This document shows positions 25,878-38,034 of a stretch of DNA of 64,000 bases, in pieces (position 1 is the first letter of the stretch; every line of letters begins with the position of its first letter). The translations under genes were made by a program, and so were the position numbers. Source of the DNA: Phoronis australis. Its lineage: Eukaryota > Animalia > Phoronida. Under the pieces are notes generated by a model. It worked only from the letters and a program-made list of their open reading frames with translations, did not search any database and was not told the DNA's origin. The DNA lies in assembly GCA_002633005.1 (NCBI GenBank), contig NMRA01000502.1:257481-321480 (forward strand), written 5' to 3'.

Positions 25878-28149
25878 TGCGGGGAGAAATCCCGTTAGCT
25901 AGGTAGGATCGTGCCCGTGACTGCCGTGGAGTGCATCCGGACCGGGGAGTCCTCTGTTGAAAGGCAAATTAGTAAAAAGCTCTTTCAAAAAAGTGACATT
26001 CTGTAGACTATATACATGTACTTATAATTGATTCATAAGATTAAAATATTTCTGAATTTCATTTCCTGGCCTGGTTGTCGCCCAACCTTAGGCCCGTCGC
26101 CGCGGTGAAGACGCTCTTCGTCGTCACTCCGATCTGAGTGTTCTTTTTCGCTTGTACTGAATTTCCTTCAAGAATATGTTAGAAATACTGGAATGGGTAA
26201 AAATACTCGGTTGGGTATATTCCCAGTAAGGCATTATCATTTGTTGTGGTACGTAATAAGTTAAAATAATCGACGCCCACCTGTATGACCGAAGGCGACC
26301 TATTGTTAATTAAACGTTTTTGCAAAATCGCAAAAACGTCAAACTGAAAATAATTCAACGTACTTGAAATGCGATTTTATGCTGGCTGGCACCAGAAAGA
26401 CTGGAACTGACGCTTGTTTTTTTTTTCATGCAACGAAGGCACAGGGGCCTACTCTTTATGTATATACGGGTGTGTGTGTGAGTGTGTATTTAAACACTGC
26501 ACTATTACAGGCCCCTAAATTAGTGATATTCCATCGAGTTTGGCTTAATATTTAATGTTTCCCACTTATTTTTGGGTTACCAATCCAGTTTAAACATGTC
26601 CTTCAAGGAATTATCTCAGTGCATTGTAAAAATAACTGATTTTTCTATAGCCCGGAATTCTTTGTAGGCCCATAAACGAAATGGACCTTACCTAGAAATG
26701 TTGTTTGACATAACTGAAGTTGAAGAATTATTACAACCTCAATTTTCTGTGTGGAGGTTAACTTGATTCGCCAAAGAATCCCAATCAAAAATTTTTATGA
26801 CCTATAAGTTTATTGGTTAGCAGTGAAACATGCTCAGACAAGTTTTCATTTATTGAGAAGTCAGTAAATATTTTACAAGAAANNNNNNNNNNNNNNNNNN
26901 NNNNNNNNNNNNNNNNNNNNNNNNNNNNNNNNNNNNNNNNNNNNNNNNNNNNNNNNNNNNNNNNNNNNNNNNNNNNNNNNNNNNNNNNNNNNNNNNNNNN
27001 NNNNNNNNNNNNNNNNNNNNNNNNNNNNNNNNNNNNNNNNNNNNNNNNNNNNNNNNNNNNNNNNNNNNNNNNNNNNNNNNNNNNNNNNNNNNNNNNNNNN
27101 NNNNNNNNNNNNNNNNNNNNNNNNNNNNNNNNNNNNNNNNNNNNNNNNNNNNNNNNNNNNNNNNNNNNNNNNNNNNNNNNNNNNNNNNNNNNNNNNNNNN
27201 NNNNNNNNNNNNNNNNNNNNNNNNNNNNNNNNNNNNNNNNNNNNNNNNNNNNNNNNNNNNNNNNNNNNNNNNNNNNNNNNNNNNNNNNNNNNNNNNNNNN
27301 NNNNNNNNNNNNNNNNNNNNNNNNNNNNNNNNNNNNNNNNNNNNNNNNNNNNNNNNNNNNNNNNNNNNNNNNNNNNNNNNNNNNNNNNNNNNNNNNNNNN
27401 NNNNNNNNNNNNNNNNNNNNNNNNNNNNNNNNNNNNNNNNNNNNNNNNNNNNNNNNNNNNNNNNNNNNNNNNNNNNNNNNNNNNNNNNNNNNNNNNNNNN
27501 NNNNNNNNNNNNNNNNNNNNNNNNNNNNNNNNNNNNNNNNNNNNNNNNNNNNNNNNNNNNNNNNNNNNNNNNNNNNNNNNNNNNNNNNNNNNNNNNNNNN
27601 NNNNNNNNNNNNNNNNNNAAATTGAATCATAAAAGCTGTCCGTAAAAAGTATTGGTTAGTTATATTCAAAATGTACTTCACTAGTCTTGTTATTTTTTAC
27701 TCCAAGTATGATCGTTAGACAGTGACAAATTTATGCAGGTGTGTAGTATAACTCCTAGACACACACATCAAACTGCCATAAAACGTTTACAGTATTTTGT
27801 TGGACATTAAATCGACTTGTAAGTATAGAAACATCTTTGCATTTGAATCCAAGAAGTCTGCTGCAATAAAGTACCTGCTGTGTGCAGATGACATGGACAA
27901 TGTTGCGTGGACACCATGTATGCTGCTGACTCCTCTTGCTTTGACGACGTTGAGGACAGACTGCATGATGGATGAAGCTACAGCCTATCAAAACAATTCA
28001 CATGCATAAATACAAATAATAGATATTCACAATACCTTAGTGGTCATACAACTTGGTGGTGTAACTCCTTAAAACACATGTACAACAAAAACACATAATC
28101 AAAACTACGTGACTCATCATTATCACAGTCAGATGTTCCAATTCAATTA

Positions 28150-28568
28150 CCGCAAAATCGCGGGTTTACGCCCATGCCCGTGTAATCGCCCATCCCGATT
28201 TTTGGTCAATTTCAGTTTAAGCACCCACCGCTTGGGTAATCGCCGATCCCTTACTTTGTGATAACTTCCACGTAAGCATACATCTCTCGGGTAATCGCCC
28301 ATCCCCAACATACATTTGCAGCATGCTGTGGTTGTTAGATCCTGCTGTTTGACCAAACATACAAGTTCCGTGCATGAATGAACAATCCGCAAACTTCCCC
28401 AGTTCTGCTAAAACTTGGACATAAGCGGTCACTGCTTGGGTAATTGGCCACCCACGACTTTTTGCCAATTTTTCTGTTTAAGTGCCCACTGCTTGGGTAA
28501 TGGCCCACCCCCTTTGTCTAAGGGTTTCCCAATTTAAGCGCACAATGTGTTAACCTGCGGGTTTACGG
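28150..28568. mobile_element. Tc1/pogo-type MITE with internal repeats
   Basis: TA|ccgcaaaatcgcggg ... cctgcgggtttacgg|TA, with about five internal copies of a gggtaatcgccca-like motif. Confidence 0.65.
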
Positions 28569-30960
28569 TACCTTCTTGTGGGAATAGCCAGCCTGTCAGT
28601 GACATTCGAACCAAGTAGTTATAGCAGACGGATATGCGCATTTCCAATCCACCACTTGATTTTGGGAAAACTGACTAGGCCGTCTGACCCCTCCTCACCT
28701 CTCAGCATTTGAATCATTTTTTGACACTTTTCATCTGAGATGTCACGACTATTTATGGATTGATTGCCACTTCAAGATCCTTCTCCATACGCTTATGATG
28801 AATAGTACCCATGGTGCGAAGCCAGAGAACAGATGAAACGCAGTAAAACTGAAAAATAAATTGAACAATTGAAAACCTGAACAACATTGGCCTTCAAAAC
28901 TGCTCAGTCCGCTCAATTCAAAGAAAAAAGGAAACACTAACAGTGACAATAGAAGTCGAGATTAATAGTACCTGACTACTTGCAAAGTATGCAAGAAATT
29001 TGCACGCAAAATGAGAATATACAGAGCCCTTACACAGATGGCCTAACCACAAGCACAACTATGAGCAAAACGGCCGTATTCCAATATGCAACATTTCTAG
29101 GTTCACGCTAGAGTTTTAAAGGTATTAAACCATTTTTAAAATTATTGGCCAAGTACTTTCTCTTTTCCCAACCCCAGCAATTGACAAAAACACAGTTACA
29201 CTGAACGAAGTTTATATTTTTCATGTTATGCACAGGTCCTTTCATAAAATGTACTATAAGAAAAGACATCTGCCTTAGCAAAAAAAAAACAACAAATTAT
29301 CAACATTCCAAGATCATAAAGCAACCTATTTAGTTGGAGGGGATGTCAGCCAACATATAACGATATAACGATATAAAAAGTTTGGACATGGCTCCCCCTA
29401 TACCAGAGTTACTGCGTGTGTTCGCCGGTCACATGGTCATTGAAATGATGCTGACCTAAAAAAATAGCAAGGCACCTTTCCTCTTGGATAATTGAGGGCC
29501 CTGATTTTACACTTGTGACATTTAGCGAGCTGATTAGATATGACAGGTTGCGTATTTTGATTTGAAAAAAAAAACTACCAGTGTCTAGTCTCGATTAATA
29601 TTTGACCCCACAAATTTTGAGCTGAAACTGGTAAAGTTACTTAAAGAATAAGGAGAGATTCATGTAATATGAAAATAGTAAATTTAAAGGTTGAGTTCAT
29701 ATTGCATGTTTGAGATATCTCAAATCAGGTCAGTTTTATGCCCTGGGTACTTTTCAACGGTATTAAAATACTTCAGACTCGCTCACACCACGTTGTGAGT
29801 GTAAAAAGTTATTGAGAGACTGGATCGCGTTTGCTGCTGAAAAACAGTCTTCTGTTCATCGCACGACTTGATTCGAACTAACAGTGAGTCGACACACAAT
29901 TAGGTTTTCCCGAAATTAATTTTTATGGTTAAGCTGCAAAATCATTCGCCAAGTTAGAGAATGGACTTAGCTATACCGTCGCCAGTGCCACTCAGAACTC
30001 ACCAATGGTGGCAAATGGCTTGCATGCGCCTAGACTGTCCATATTAGAATGACCTAATTATTCTAATGCAGGCAAATTCCGATCCGGTCTAGAGCATCAC
30101 CATAAGATATCACAACTTAATTTCAGGACACTGAACACATGAGAATGTGCGACTCATTATCATGAATGTTTTCCGTACAAACCCCCAGTGCCGCAGATTA
30201 TACCATACCGAATTGAAGCCATGCAGCAAGACAAGCTTTTGGCATCATGCTATGCGACTGCAGAGTCTCAGCCAGCGGCTAATGAGGTAGAACAGCAACA
30301 GCATACACACCACAACTACAAGAGAAATTTCGCGAAGCAATGTTATGAACTTTAGTTAAACTCAAAGGAAGTCATTACAACTAGATGCGTACTAAATGGC
30401 ACAAAATTCATACATTCACAACAGTATATGAATGCTGAATAATACTGTACAATATTCTCTATGAGAACTAGTAACAACCAACTTAAGTGTTTACTTTAGT
30501 AAGAGCTTAAACACTGCAGGGCTTGCCTGTTAGTTTTTACTCAAATTGTTTGTTCTAATCCAGATAATTTAGAAAACTGGTAACAGGTTTTTGTGATTTT
30601 ACCTTTATTTAAATCAAACAATACATGGTCGCATTACTCAGCTAATTAATACCACACAGAAAATATACAGACTACAATCAAACTCTATTGACTTTCAACA
30701 ATTAGAACATATATCATTCCAAGACTGTCTACTACTACTAGGTTGGAGTAATCTGTAAATATTTTGGCTAAATGCAGACTAGTACAGTACTACAGCTACA
30801 CTACAGGGTTTGACTTACGAATGACATGATAACCTTGCTTAACAACAACAAACATACTTCAGTTTTATTATAGCAAATGTAGGCTCAACAGATTTCACTT
30901 AATTTTTTTAAACCAGAGTCAATAATAATTGCAGTAGGCCTATCACGTTACTCGACTTAC

Positions 30961-31092
30961 CTGACCGAAACGGCGAAAGTCCTTGGCACAACTTCGTAAA
31001 GCCTTGCGCTGACTCTTCGTCAAAGTCAACGGATGGAATCCATCCTCCAAAAACTTCTTCACGTCACTCTCATTGTACTTGATATCATGCAT
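30961..31092 (-). CDS. First exon of a GIN1/Ginger-type integrase (transposon gene)
   Basis: MHDIKYNESDVKKFLEDGFHPLTLTKSQRKALRSCAKDFRRFGQ resembles the N-terminus of GIN1-like integrases. It ends at CAG|GTAAGT and lies just inside the TIR. Confidence 0.6.
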
Positions 31093-31878
31093 CTTTGCCA
31101 AAAACGTCTGGAATATTCGTGTTCGGAGCAGATAACGACTCAACTGTCTCACAGTAGCATACAGAAGTGCCCTGGGAAGATATTTCACGCTCTCAAGACT
31201 GGATGCCAACCTGGCCGATATGCGCATGCGCAAAGTCGGATTGGGAAGAAAATTCACGGGGAAGAAATTTCACGCGCCGGCGGTCCTGTTTTGTGGTGGG
31301 GCGGTCATGTTTTTAGGTGTGACAGTCCTGTTTTGGGCGAGTCGGTCCGATTTAGAGGACTGGCGGTCATGTTGTTTCTCACCCGTGATTTAAAAGACTG
31401 GAAGAGTAGTGATCGAGAGCGGCGTGTGACTGAGTTGTGTTAGAGGCACAGAATGCAAAAATAACTATAACTCTCCCTCGGCACAAGGCACCTATTGTAT
31501 TTTGGACAAAGTACAGTAGTTTGCATTCCAGATAGACGTTTCGAACGTGTTTTGCATAAACAGCACCCCGTCACAGCTTGCTTATAAATTTCGACTTGGG
31601 TAATGTCTTCCGTTCTATAAAAGTTTTAAATACAGGTCAATGACGAGTAGAAAATGACGCGTGCTGTAAATTAAAAGTTTCTTAATTGTATCACGGGCTA
31701 TCCGGCGCAAGATACATTGGAGGCGCAGCTCAAAGTTTTCTTTTCAATTTTGATATTTTCTTTTTAGAAATATCGTGACCCTACAATAAATAGGGAGGGG
31801 TGCGTGTAGAGAACTGCTCGAATATTATAAAGACGTCCTCCACATCGTGTAGCAACAGAAATCGGGCAAGGTTATATA

Positions 31879-32464
31879 CTCGCTGGTTCCCTGCGTACTT
31901 CGCCCAGCCAGCACGCAGGTATCACGCAGTGGCACGCGCTTTGGCATTGGTCGATGTAACCTCGGCAGTCACTGATTAGCTTTACAACACCGTGAAAAAA
32001 TGGCGGACTGTGAGCGATTTTTAGCCTTTTCATGCGAGTGGCGTCGCACTAGCAACTATTTCGTTTCTGTATTGATGTTTAATAGCCGCGTGCTTGAAGC
32101 TAGCACATACATGTACAGTCCTGGCCGATGTGTTATTCATATTGTATGAATACAGGACACTGTCGTAAACAAAATTCATCGACTGTAGAAAGATGTATTC
32201 CGAAAAGGCGCAATCACAATTTCTAGGCTTCACATTTCCTGAACATAAATTTTTAAGCACCGATTCGTCTGTACAACAGACCACATTTACACTTCGTTCA
32301 GTCCATCAGTCATGCCAGTTTGTTTGCGTAAAGCGCTGCCTGTTGAGAATTCGACTAGCCAATCAGGAACGCCGGTGTAAAATAATTTCCCGAGGAAAAG
32401 TAAGTGATACCAGCATGCTGGCGCGGCTACCGCCCCACCTAGCGGCACGCAGGGAACCAGCGAG
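31879..32464. mobile_element. MITE with 18-bp perfect TIR
   Basis: ctcgctggttccctgcgt / acgcagggaaccagcgag, plus an imperfect inner inverted match. Confidence 0.7.
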
Positions 32465-33477
32465 GGTCATAAATATCAATAGTTACAACAAAGAAACCGT
32501 GCAGGTCATGGATCTTGTCAACAGCAACAAAAGCAATATTGGTCAACAGGTCAACTGACCCGGCCGTAAGAGGATTTATGGCCTAACGGGAAACATCCGT
32601 GCGAATAATAGACTAATGATACCCATACAGTGGTGCGTGGCTAGCCAACGGTATGGATGTATATATAGCGCCACTGAAGTCAACAAGTGTAGGTCCAAGC
32701 GTACATCTACATGTATATTACACAAACAGTACGTTGTTGGAGGAACAGTGTTTTAAAAACACTATTGTGAAACAACATGAAATATACGAGGACAATTGTG
32801 CGTTGACAACGAAAATTAATGTTGATTGTCGGTTTTACCTCGTTCACTATGGTATTCAGGTGAATCGTGGTTAATCTGAATTTGACAACTCAGTACGAAG
32901 AAAACAAAGTCAGAAAGAAAATTTCATTGACGTACCGGTTTCTGTTTAAATAAAAATAAAAACACTTCATTTTTGCAAATTATAAAGTCACTCGTAATTT
33001 CAGTACTGGCGGTTTTAACAACCATAGTGATTTGTGCCTTAATGTGCACTCGATCTAGGAACCAATCCTAGACTCGATTTACTAAGTGTGCGTTCTAACT
33101 GAAACCTTTACTTCCAAGATCAATCAAAACACCCAGTGTCAAAACTAGTTGATTGACCTATGAAAAGCTGGCTTAATGCTTGTAGGAATGTCTTCAAATG
33201 TACATGTTCAGTTTTAAAGTTATCTAGTATTGAAATGGAGCCAACAACTCTGCACTCATAATTCTTACTTCATTACATTCGTTTATGTCTCGTGTAAATG
33301 TTCAATTATGAAATTGCGATCAGCCCCTGGATCAGGAAAGGTACATCGTCAGCGATACTGGCTGCATTTCACATTAAACGTAACGAATTAGTAACATTAC
33401 ATCACATATCCCACAGGTAAAGCCCGACCAAAATCTGATAGTGACATGTTGTAGGCCAGTGTGCCATCGTACATGTA

Positions 33478-34651
33478 ATAGCTCACTTGCGAGTTTCTCT
33501 TTAGTCACTGTGACGTCACCGGAAAAGGGGCAAAACCCGCCATATTGCTCTTGTTTTGCCCCGAGTCTTTGCTACACACGCTAAAACTTACTGGAGTTCT
33601 TATGGTGAATTTTACGCTTAAAACGTTAAAACAACTTAAGATGTGGTAGATGGATCGTGGAATAACTGTGAATGGACGAAGGAAATGTGAAGTTGTTATG
33701 TTGTGCGAAGCTGTGAACGGACTAAAATTGGAACATAACCCGCTCTAGGCCTGAATGTCGCAGGCATACAGGGGCGATAGTGTATCCCCATAAAAAGATA
33801 TTCACTTCAAAATACAGCAAATAAAATCAAATGAAACATGCATATGTGCACATGAAGTTATAATTAACACATACCCTGACTCTGGACACAATTAAGTCTA
33901 CAAATAACTTAAGCATATCAATGAAAACCTCGCGGTTCTCTCGAGTTTCTCTCACTGGCCGCCATTTTGCGGAAGTTACGTGAAATCACGCCTGTTGACG
34001 AACAAAAAGTCCAAGGGACACAAATCTTACACATTTCACTTGATATTTTCTCATGCTATTTTGCAAGTGTCACGCGCCAGGTCACGCTCCAGATCTCGCG
34101 CTTCGCTCAGTCTCGCGCTAGCCTTTGCCTCATGCTCACCTGACTCAGTTGAAATACTTAATTGTGGTTATCGCGCGCGCGGACAAAGTTAACAGTAACC
34201 ACAAAGTGGAGTTGGAATTCTTCTCCAAAGTCACCTGAATTCCCGTATATATGCTTCATCGAAGATATGTTTAGAAGCAGAAAGAGTTACTGAAGAAAGT
34301 AAGAGCCTTTTAGGTAGTAATTTTAGGTGCAGAATGTATTTTTGACGAGGTGAAATCTTTATCAGTGAGCGGATTTCGCCTTCCGCCCGTTTAAAATACA
34401 CGGGACGAAATTAGTACAGAACGCGATAGAACGTATTGTAGTACAAATCTGAATTTCATTTGCCATAACAGCAATGCTTTTTGGACATTTTTCGAACTAA
34501 AGGGCTAAAAACTCGAAGACAATAACAGAATACACTCTGCTACCGTATTGGGCAAATGACCAAACGACAAGCTTTTGCCCCACTTCCCGTGACGTCACAG
34601 TTAAGTCTCACATAATCTCGAGTTACTGTTATAAACTCGCAAAAGGCCTAT
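33478..34651. mobile_element. Non-autonomous TIR element (ISL2EU/Harbinger-like ends)
   Basis: atag..ttgcgagttt / aaactcgcaa..ctat, and inner actgtgacgtcac..ggggcaaaa / ttttgcccc..gtgacgtcacagt. Confidence 0.6.
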
Positions 34652-34920
34652 TTATTTCGTCATTGGCTTACTTAACCCCCCGGTATTTCCACTGACAGGT
34701 ACTAGCTTTGGGGGTGAAATATATCCAAAGCCAAGGCATAGTACGGACGCGACTTCACTTCGTATCAACCGCGGTCAGACGAAGTCCGGGTTAGGGCTAG
34801 TCTCAGTCAAACCGCGTTTTGGAACCCGCATCCAGACGCGGTCTAGCCGCGTTCGATAGGAAGAGACATTCGTTCAGTACTTGTTTACACGATACATCTC
34901 AGTGATTTTTATCACTCATA

Positions 34921-35135
34921 CATGCGCGCACCCAGCAGTGGGGTGCTCAGGGGGCTCCATTTGGCGTAGTGGGCAAAACGTTCCACCTCAGGGAAACAAA
35001 AACTCAGGAAATAGTAGAAAACGAGACAAAAGTCCACTAAAATGCAGGAAGTACAAATTCATAGCTCTTAACGTACCCCATGGATCTTAGTAAAAATTCG
35101 AGCCTTCCCCCAATTTTAGGCTGGGTGCGCACATG
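34921..35135. mobile_element. MITE (CATG termini); related copy at 50519-50718
   Basis: TIR catgcgcgcacccagc / gctgggtgcgcacatg, flanked by the direct repeat tcata. The second copy has the same TIR but no matching flanks. Confidence 0.7.
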
Positions 35136-35192
35136 TCATATTGTAGGAATTTGCTGGGGTTAAATACAAATTAAAAAGTATACACGTTACAC

Positions 35193-36499
35193 CTAATTAC
35201 ACGTTATGGTTCCCGGCAAGCACCAGTCCTTGTCTACTGCAGGTATGCTGAATCGAGCACAGAACTTAGAATATCTATCCATGTCCTTCGCAGTTATGCG
35301 AACGACATACTGATTGAATTCTTTTTTGTTTAAGTAACTTCTTGCTTGCGAGTCCACGCAGAGTGCAGAGGGCCCCTTGTCACAAAATGAATCTGGCAGA
35401 CGAAAATGTCTCGCAACGGCTATGCACGCGCTGTCCGTGTTCTCCACTAAGTCTTCATATCTTATTGCAGCAACCCCGAGCACTGACTGCCACTGCATGT
35501 ATTCCTCGCGAAGACGATGTACATTTGTATTTTCAGCAGTAGTAGTTCATCGAGAGGCAAATTGTACTTCAATTTTTCTTCTTCGCTCACCCAGAAATAC
35601 ATCTGACTTGTTCGCTCTAGGAAATCACACACGCGTTTGCTAAGACTCAGACTTAGTGCTTGTATAATTTTGGACCTTTTGAGTTTATAAACGAATTGAT
35701 TACAACGCAAATACATTTTCATCTGGGACGCTAGATTGTTAGTGACCTTCCCGCGATACACAAACCCGAGCATTATATTGGGAACCGCAGCGGAAACGTA
35801 TTCATACAAGTTCGTACCGGAGCTAAATTTCATAACGTAAACTGCCGGCTTTATTTTACGTGGTTTGCACAGTATTCTAATTGAAGATCGCACAAGTTGT
35901 TTTGCTTCAGATTTCTGCAGGGTTTTATTCAAAATCATTTCCTTGATGTTGACTAACGCATGCGGCTCACTGATTGCCAATGCTTTTGGAATTTTCTCCA
36001 TCATTTGAATCAGCAGAGTTGAGCCACACCGCCCTAAACTTTCCAACGCAACAACAGAAGACTCCGGGTCACCGAGAACGTCAGCAAGGTGATTGAAATG
36101 CACCAGTGGCATGATGATCATTTGTTTTGCAGAGGCAAATTGTGCCAGGAAAAGGAAAGGGCTTACTCGAGAGTTGAACACATCGATTCCTGGCAGAGTG
36201 CGAACGAAAATCGCTTCCCCATCAGCTGTAACGGTGTACAAAGACACGTTGTCTGCAAGGACACATTCCGGGTGTTCAAAATGGCTGTGTGAAGTAATGA
36301 AATGTCGCCTGCTGGGCACACAGTGTGCTTCGTTAAAGCATCGAAAATGGATGTTGAAGACTTGAGCAGACATTTCATACTTTAGACGATTACTTTCCAG
36401 ATGTGTTTGTAGTCCAGATAACATCCAAAAGAGGCGCTGAAAAACTGTGTACAACTGCTGAAGGGCAAGAAAACACAACCACGCCCAGACTTGCGACAT
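35193..36499 (-). pseudogene. Intronless sulfotransferase-like gene with a single frameshift at about 35500-35550 (pseudogene or sequencing error)
   Basis: 345-aa ORF with hydrophobic N-terminus, 5'-PSB-like loop 'SLGRCGSTLL', 'ISEP' and 'FVYRG'. It overlaps a second frame '..REEYMQWQSVLGVAAIRYEDLV..DSQ' running to the stop at 35193; RYEDL is a conserved sulfotransferase C-terminal motif. Confidence 0.75.
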
Positions 36500-37559
36500 A
36501 CTCCAATTAACCAGTACATGTACGTCTTCAAATCACTTGATCACCTTTTGCTGGACTGACGCGCAGAAACCCAATTCCGAGAATGCTGTCGGCACGTGTT
36601 TACAAAAGCTTGCCTGTTAATAGTGACACGAACGGTAATACATTCCCGGTTTGGTCTAGTCAAATACTTGTGTCCTTACGCCAGAAATTGCTGTTCAAGT
36701 CCGGGCGCGGTACTCGCTGACAAGTGTGTATTTTGTCCTATCCGAAAATGAATATACCATAATGCAGGTTCGGGGATCCGTCATTGAGACTCCGTGACAT
36801 CATTTGTTTTCAAGTAGCGCCCTCTGTTACTTTGCCATTCTTGCCTCGTTAGCGTGACTAGCCTGTTTGACCGTGACAGTTGACTTAATAATTTGAAAGT
36901 TGAGCCTCCCAGGTTCACGGGTGAGAAACAACAGGACCGCCTGTCCTCTAGATTAGACTGAATCACCCAAAACAGGACCTCCGGAGATCAAATGGGACCG
37001 CCGCAACAGAAAATGGGACTGACGCAACTAAAAACATGACCGCGCCACCACAAAACAGGACACCGGGGACTGCACGTGACCGCCGGACAATATATAGCTA
37101 TCAATGTCTTTGTATGATACTGCTTGCGATTACGTAACCGGTCACCTAGNCAAAACTTATTACCTCCTGGACAGAATATGGGTTTACAACCCAGGCAGAA
37201 AGATAAGTTAACAAAACCAGCCCAACTGCAACAGGGTCTCAAATTTCAGTAATATATACCCATTTACAAACAAAAATCTATAATGGTAAATAAAATGCGG
37301 AAACATAAATTCAGATCAATTACGCATCTTCAAGGAAAAGGAATAGTACAGTGATCAGAAATCATCTAAATGTGATGGCGACACTAGAAATCCTGTCAGA
37401 CCAAAACATACAGTGGCTAAACAAAATGAACAATGTACCATTACCATGTGGCCCAGAATCATAATCCGTGCCTGGACAAAAATTCAGTCTTAGACTAGGT
37501 AAATTTTAGACTTGTGCTGTTCACACAAGCAGTTCTGGTGCAAACAAAGCTTACGACAA

Positions 37560-38034
37560 CACACAAGCCTACTTCCCTACACAGCTGTGCTGATACAATA
37601 ATGCCCCCACTGGATTCAGCAGATCAGCCAGAGTATTTACAGGTCCAGCCATTGTACTGTTTCCTCCCATTGAATTTTTACAATGCTACATCCTTGACAA
37701 TCGCAGATTGCCTCTTTCTATGCCTACTCTACTTCCTCTGTCCCAGTTTCCCCACATTTGCTGAAAGTGGCCTATCTCAACAAATTAGTTTGGACCTGTT
37801 GTGGTATAAGCCAGTAATCTTTGGCAAATACTTTTTCCCCAACTCGTTCCTCAAGCTACAAATTCTCTTTGACATATCTTCTGGGAGTAAACTTTTCGGC
37901 CTCTCTCTAGCCCCCTCACTTAGTTGTCCAGAAGGGTACCTTCTTGCTGGTTGTGAACTTTTCCATACCCAACCTTTACTAATAACTGGCAAGTCTCCAA
38001 CTTCAGCAGAAGCCACTTCTTCAGCATAAGCCAT
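37560..38034 (-). pseudogene. Degenerate coding remnant with possible PHD-finger-like Cys/His spacing
   Basis: Interrupted frames give 'CDCQGC..ETVQW...C..WGHYC'; many stops; probably transposon-derived. Confidence 0.25.

Larger units (their letters stand above)
24623..31279 (-). mobile_element. Ginger/GIN-like DNA transposon (degenerate, gapped)
   Basis: About 55-bp TIR tgtcgcgtgaaatttcttccccgtgaa...ttgcgcatgcgc at 24623/25443, mirrored at about 31221-31279. TGT start and probable 4-bp TSD gcgg. Removing the element restores the host repeat sequence seen at 37040-37072. Confidence 0.7.
24557..37144. mobile_element. Long inverted-repeat pair (putative large TIR element) enclosing the sulfotransferase-like gene
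   Basis: Left arm = 24557-24622 (duplicated at 25395-25442) plus 31280-31388 once the Ginger element is removed; right arm = about 36915-37144 in reverse complement. Shared blocks: tgaccggttacgt, agtatcayaca, cagtccccgg..gtcctgttttgtggtgg.gcggtcatgtttttag and ggcggtc.tgttgtttctcacccgtga. No TSD confirmed (N at 37150). Confidence 0.5.

Noticed and set aside
27755-27991. Ulp1-like protease remnant in the Ginger element ('VQQNTVN')
   Set aside because: The DCG catalytic motif and His/Asp residues are not convincingly present.
28150-28568. CRISPR-like repeat-spacer array
   Set aside because: Repeats are degenerate and irregularly spaced, lie inside a TA-flanked MITE, and there are no cas genes in this eukaryotic context.
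37514-38029. 171-aa plus-strand ORF
   Set aside because: No domain or splice support; probably the antisense shadow of a decayed minus-strand remnant.
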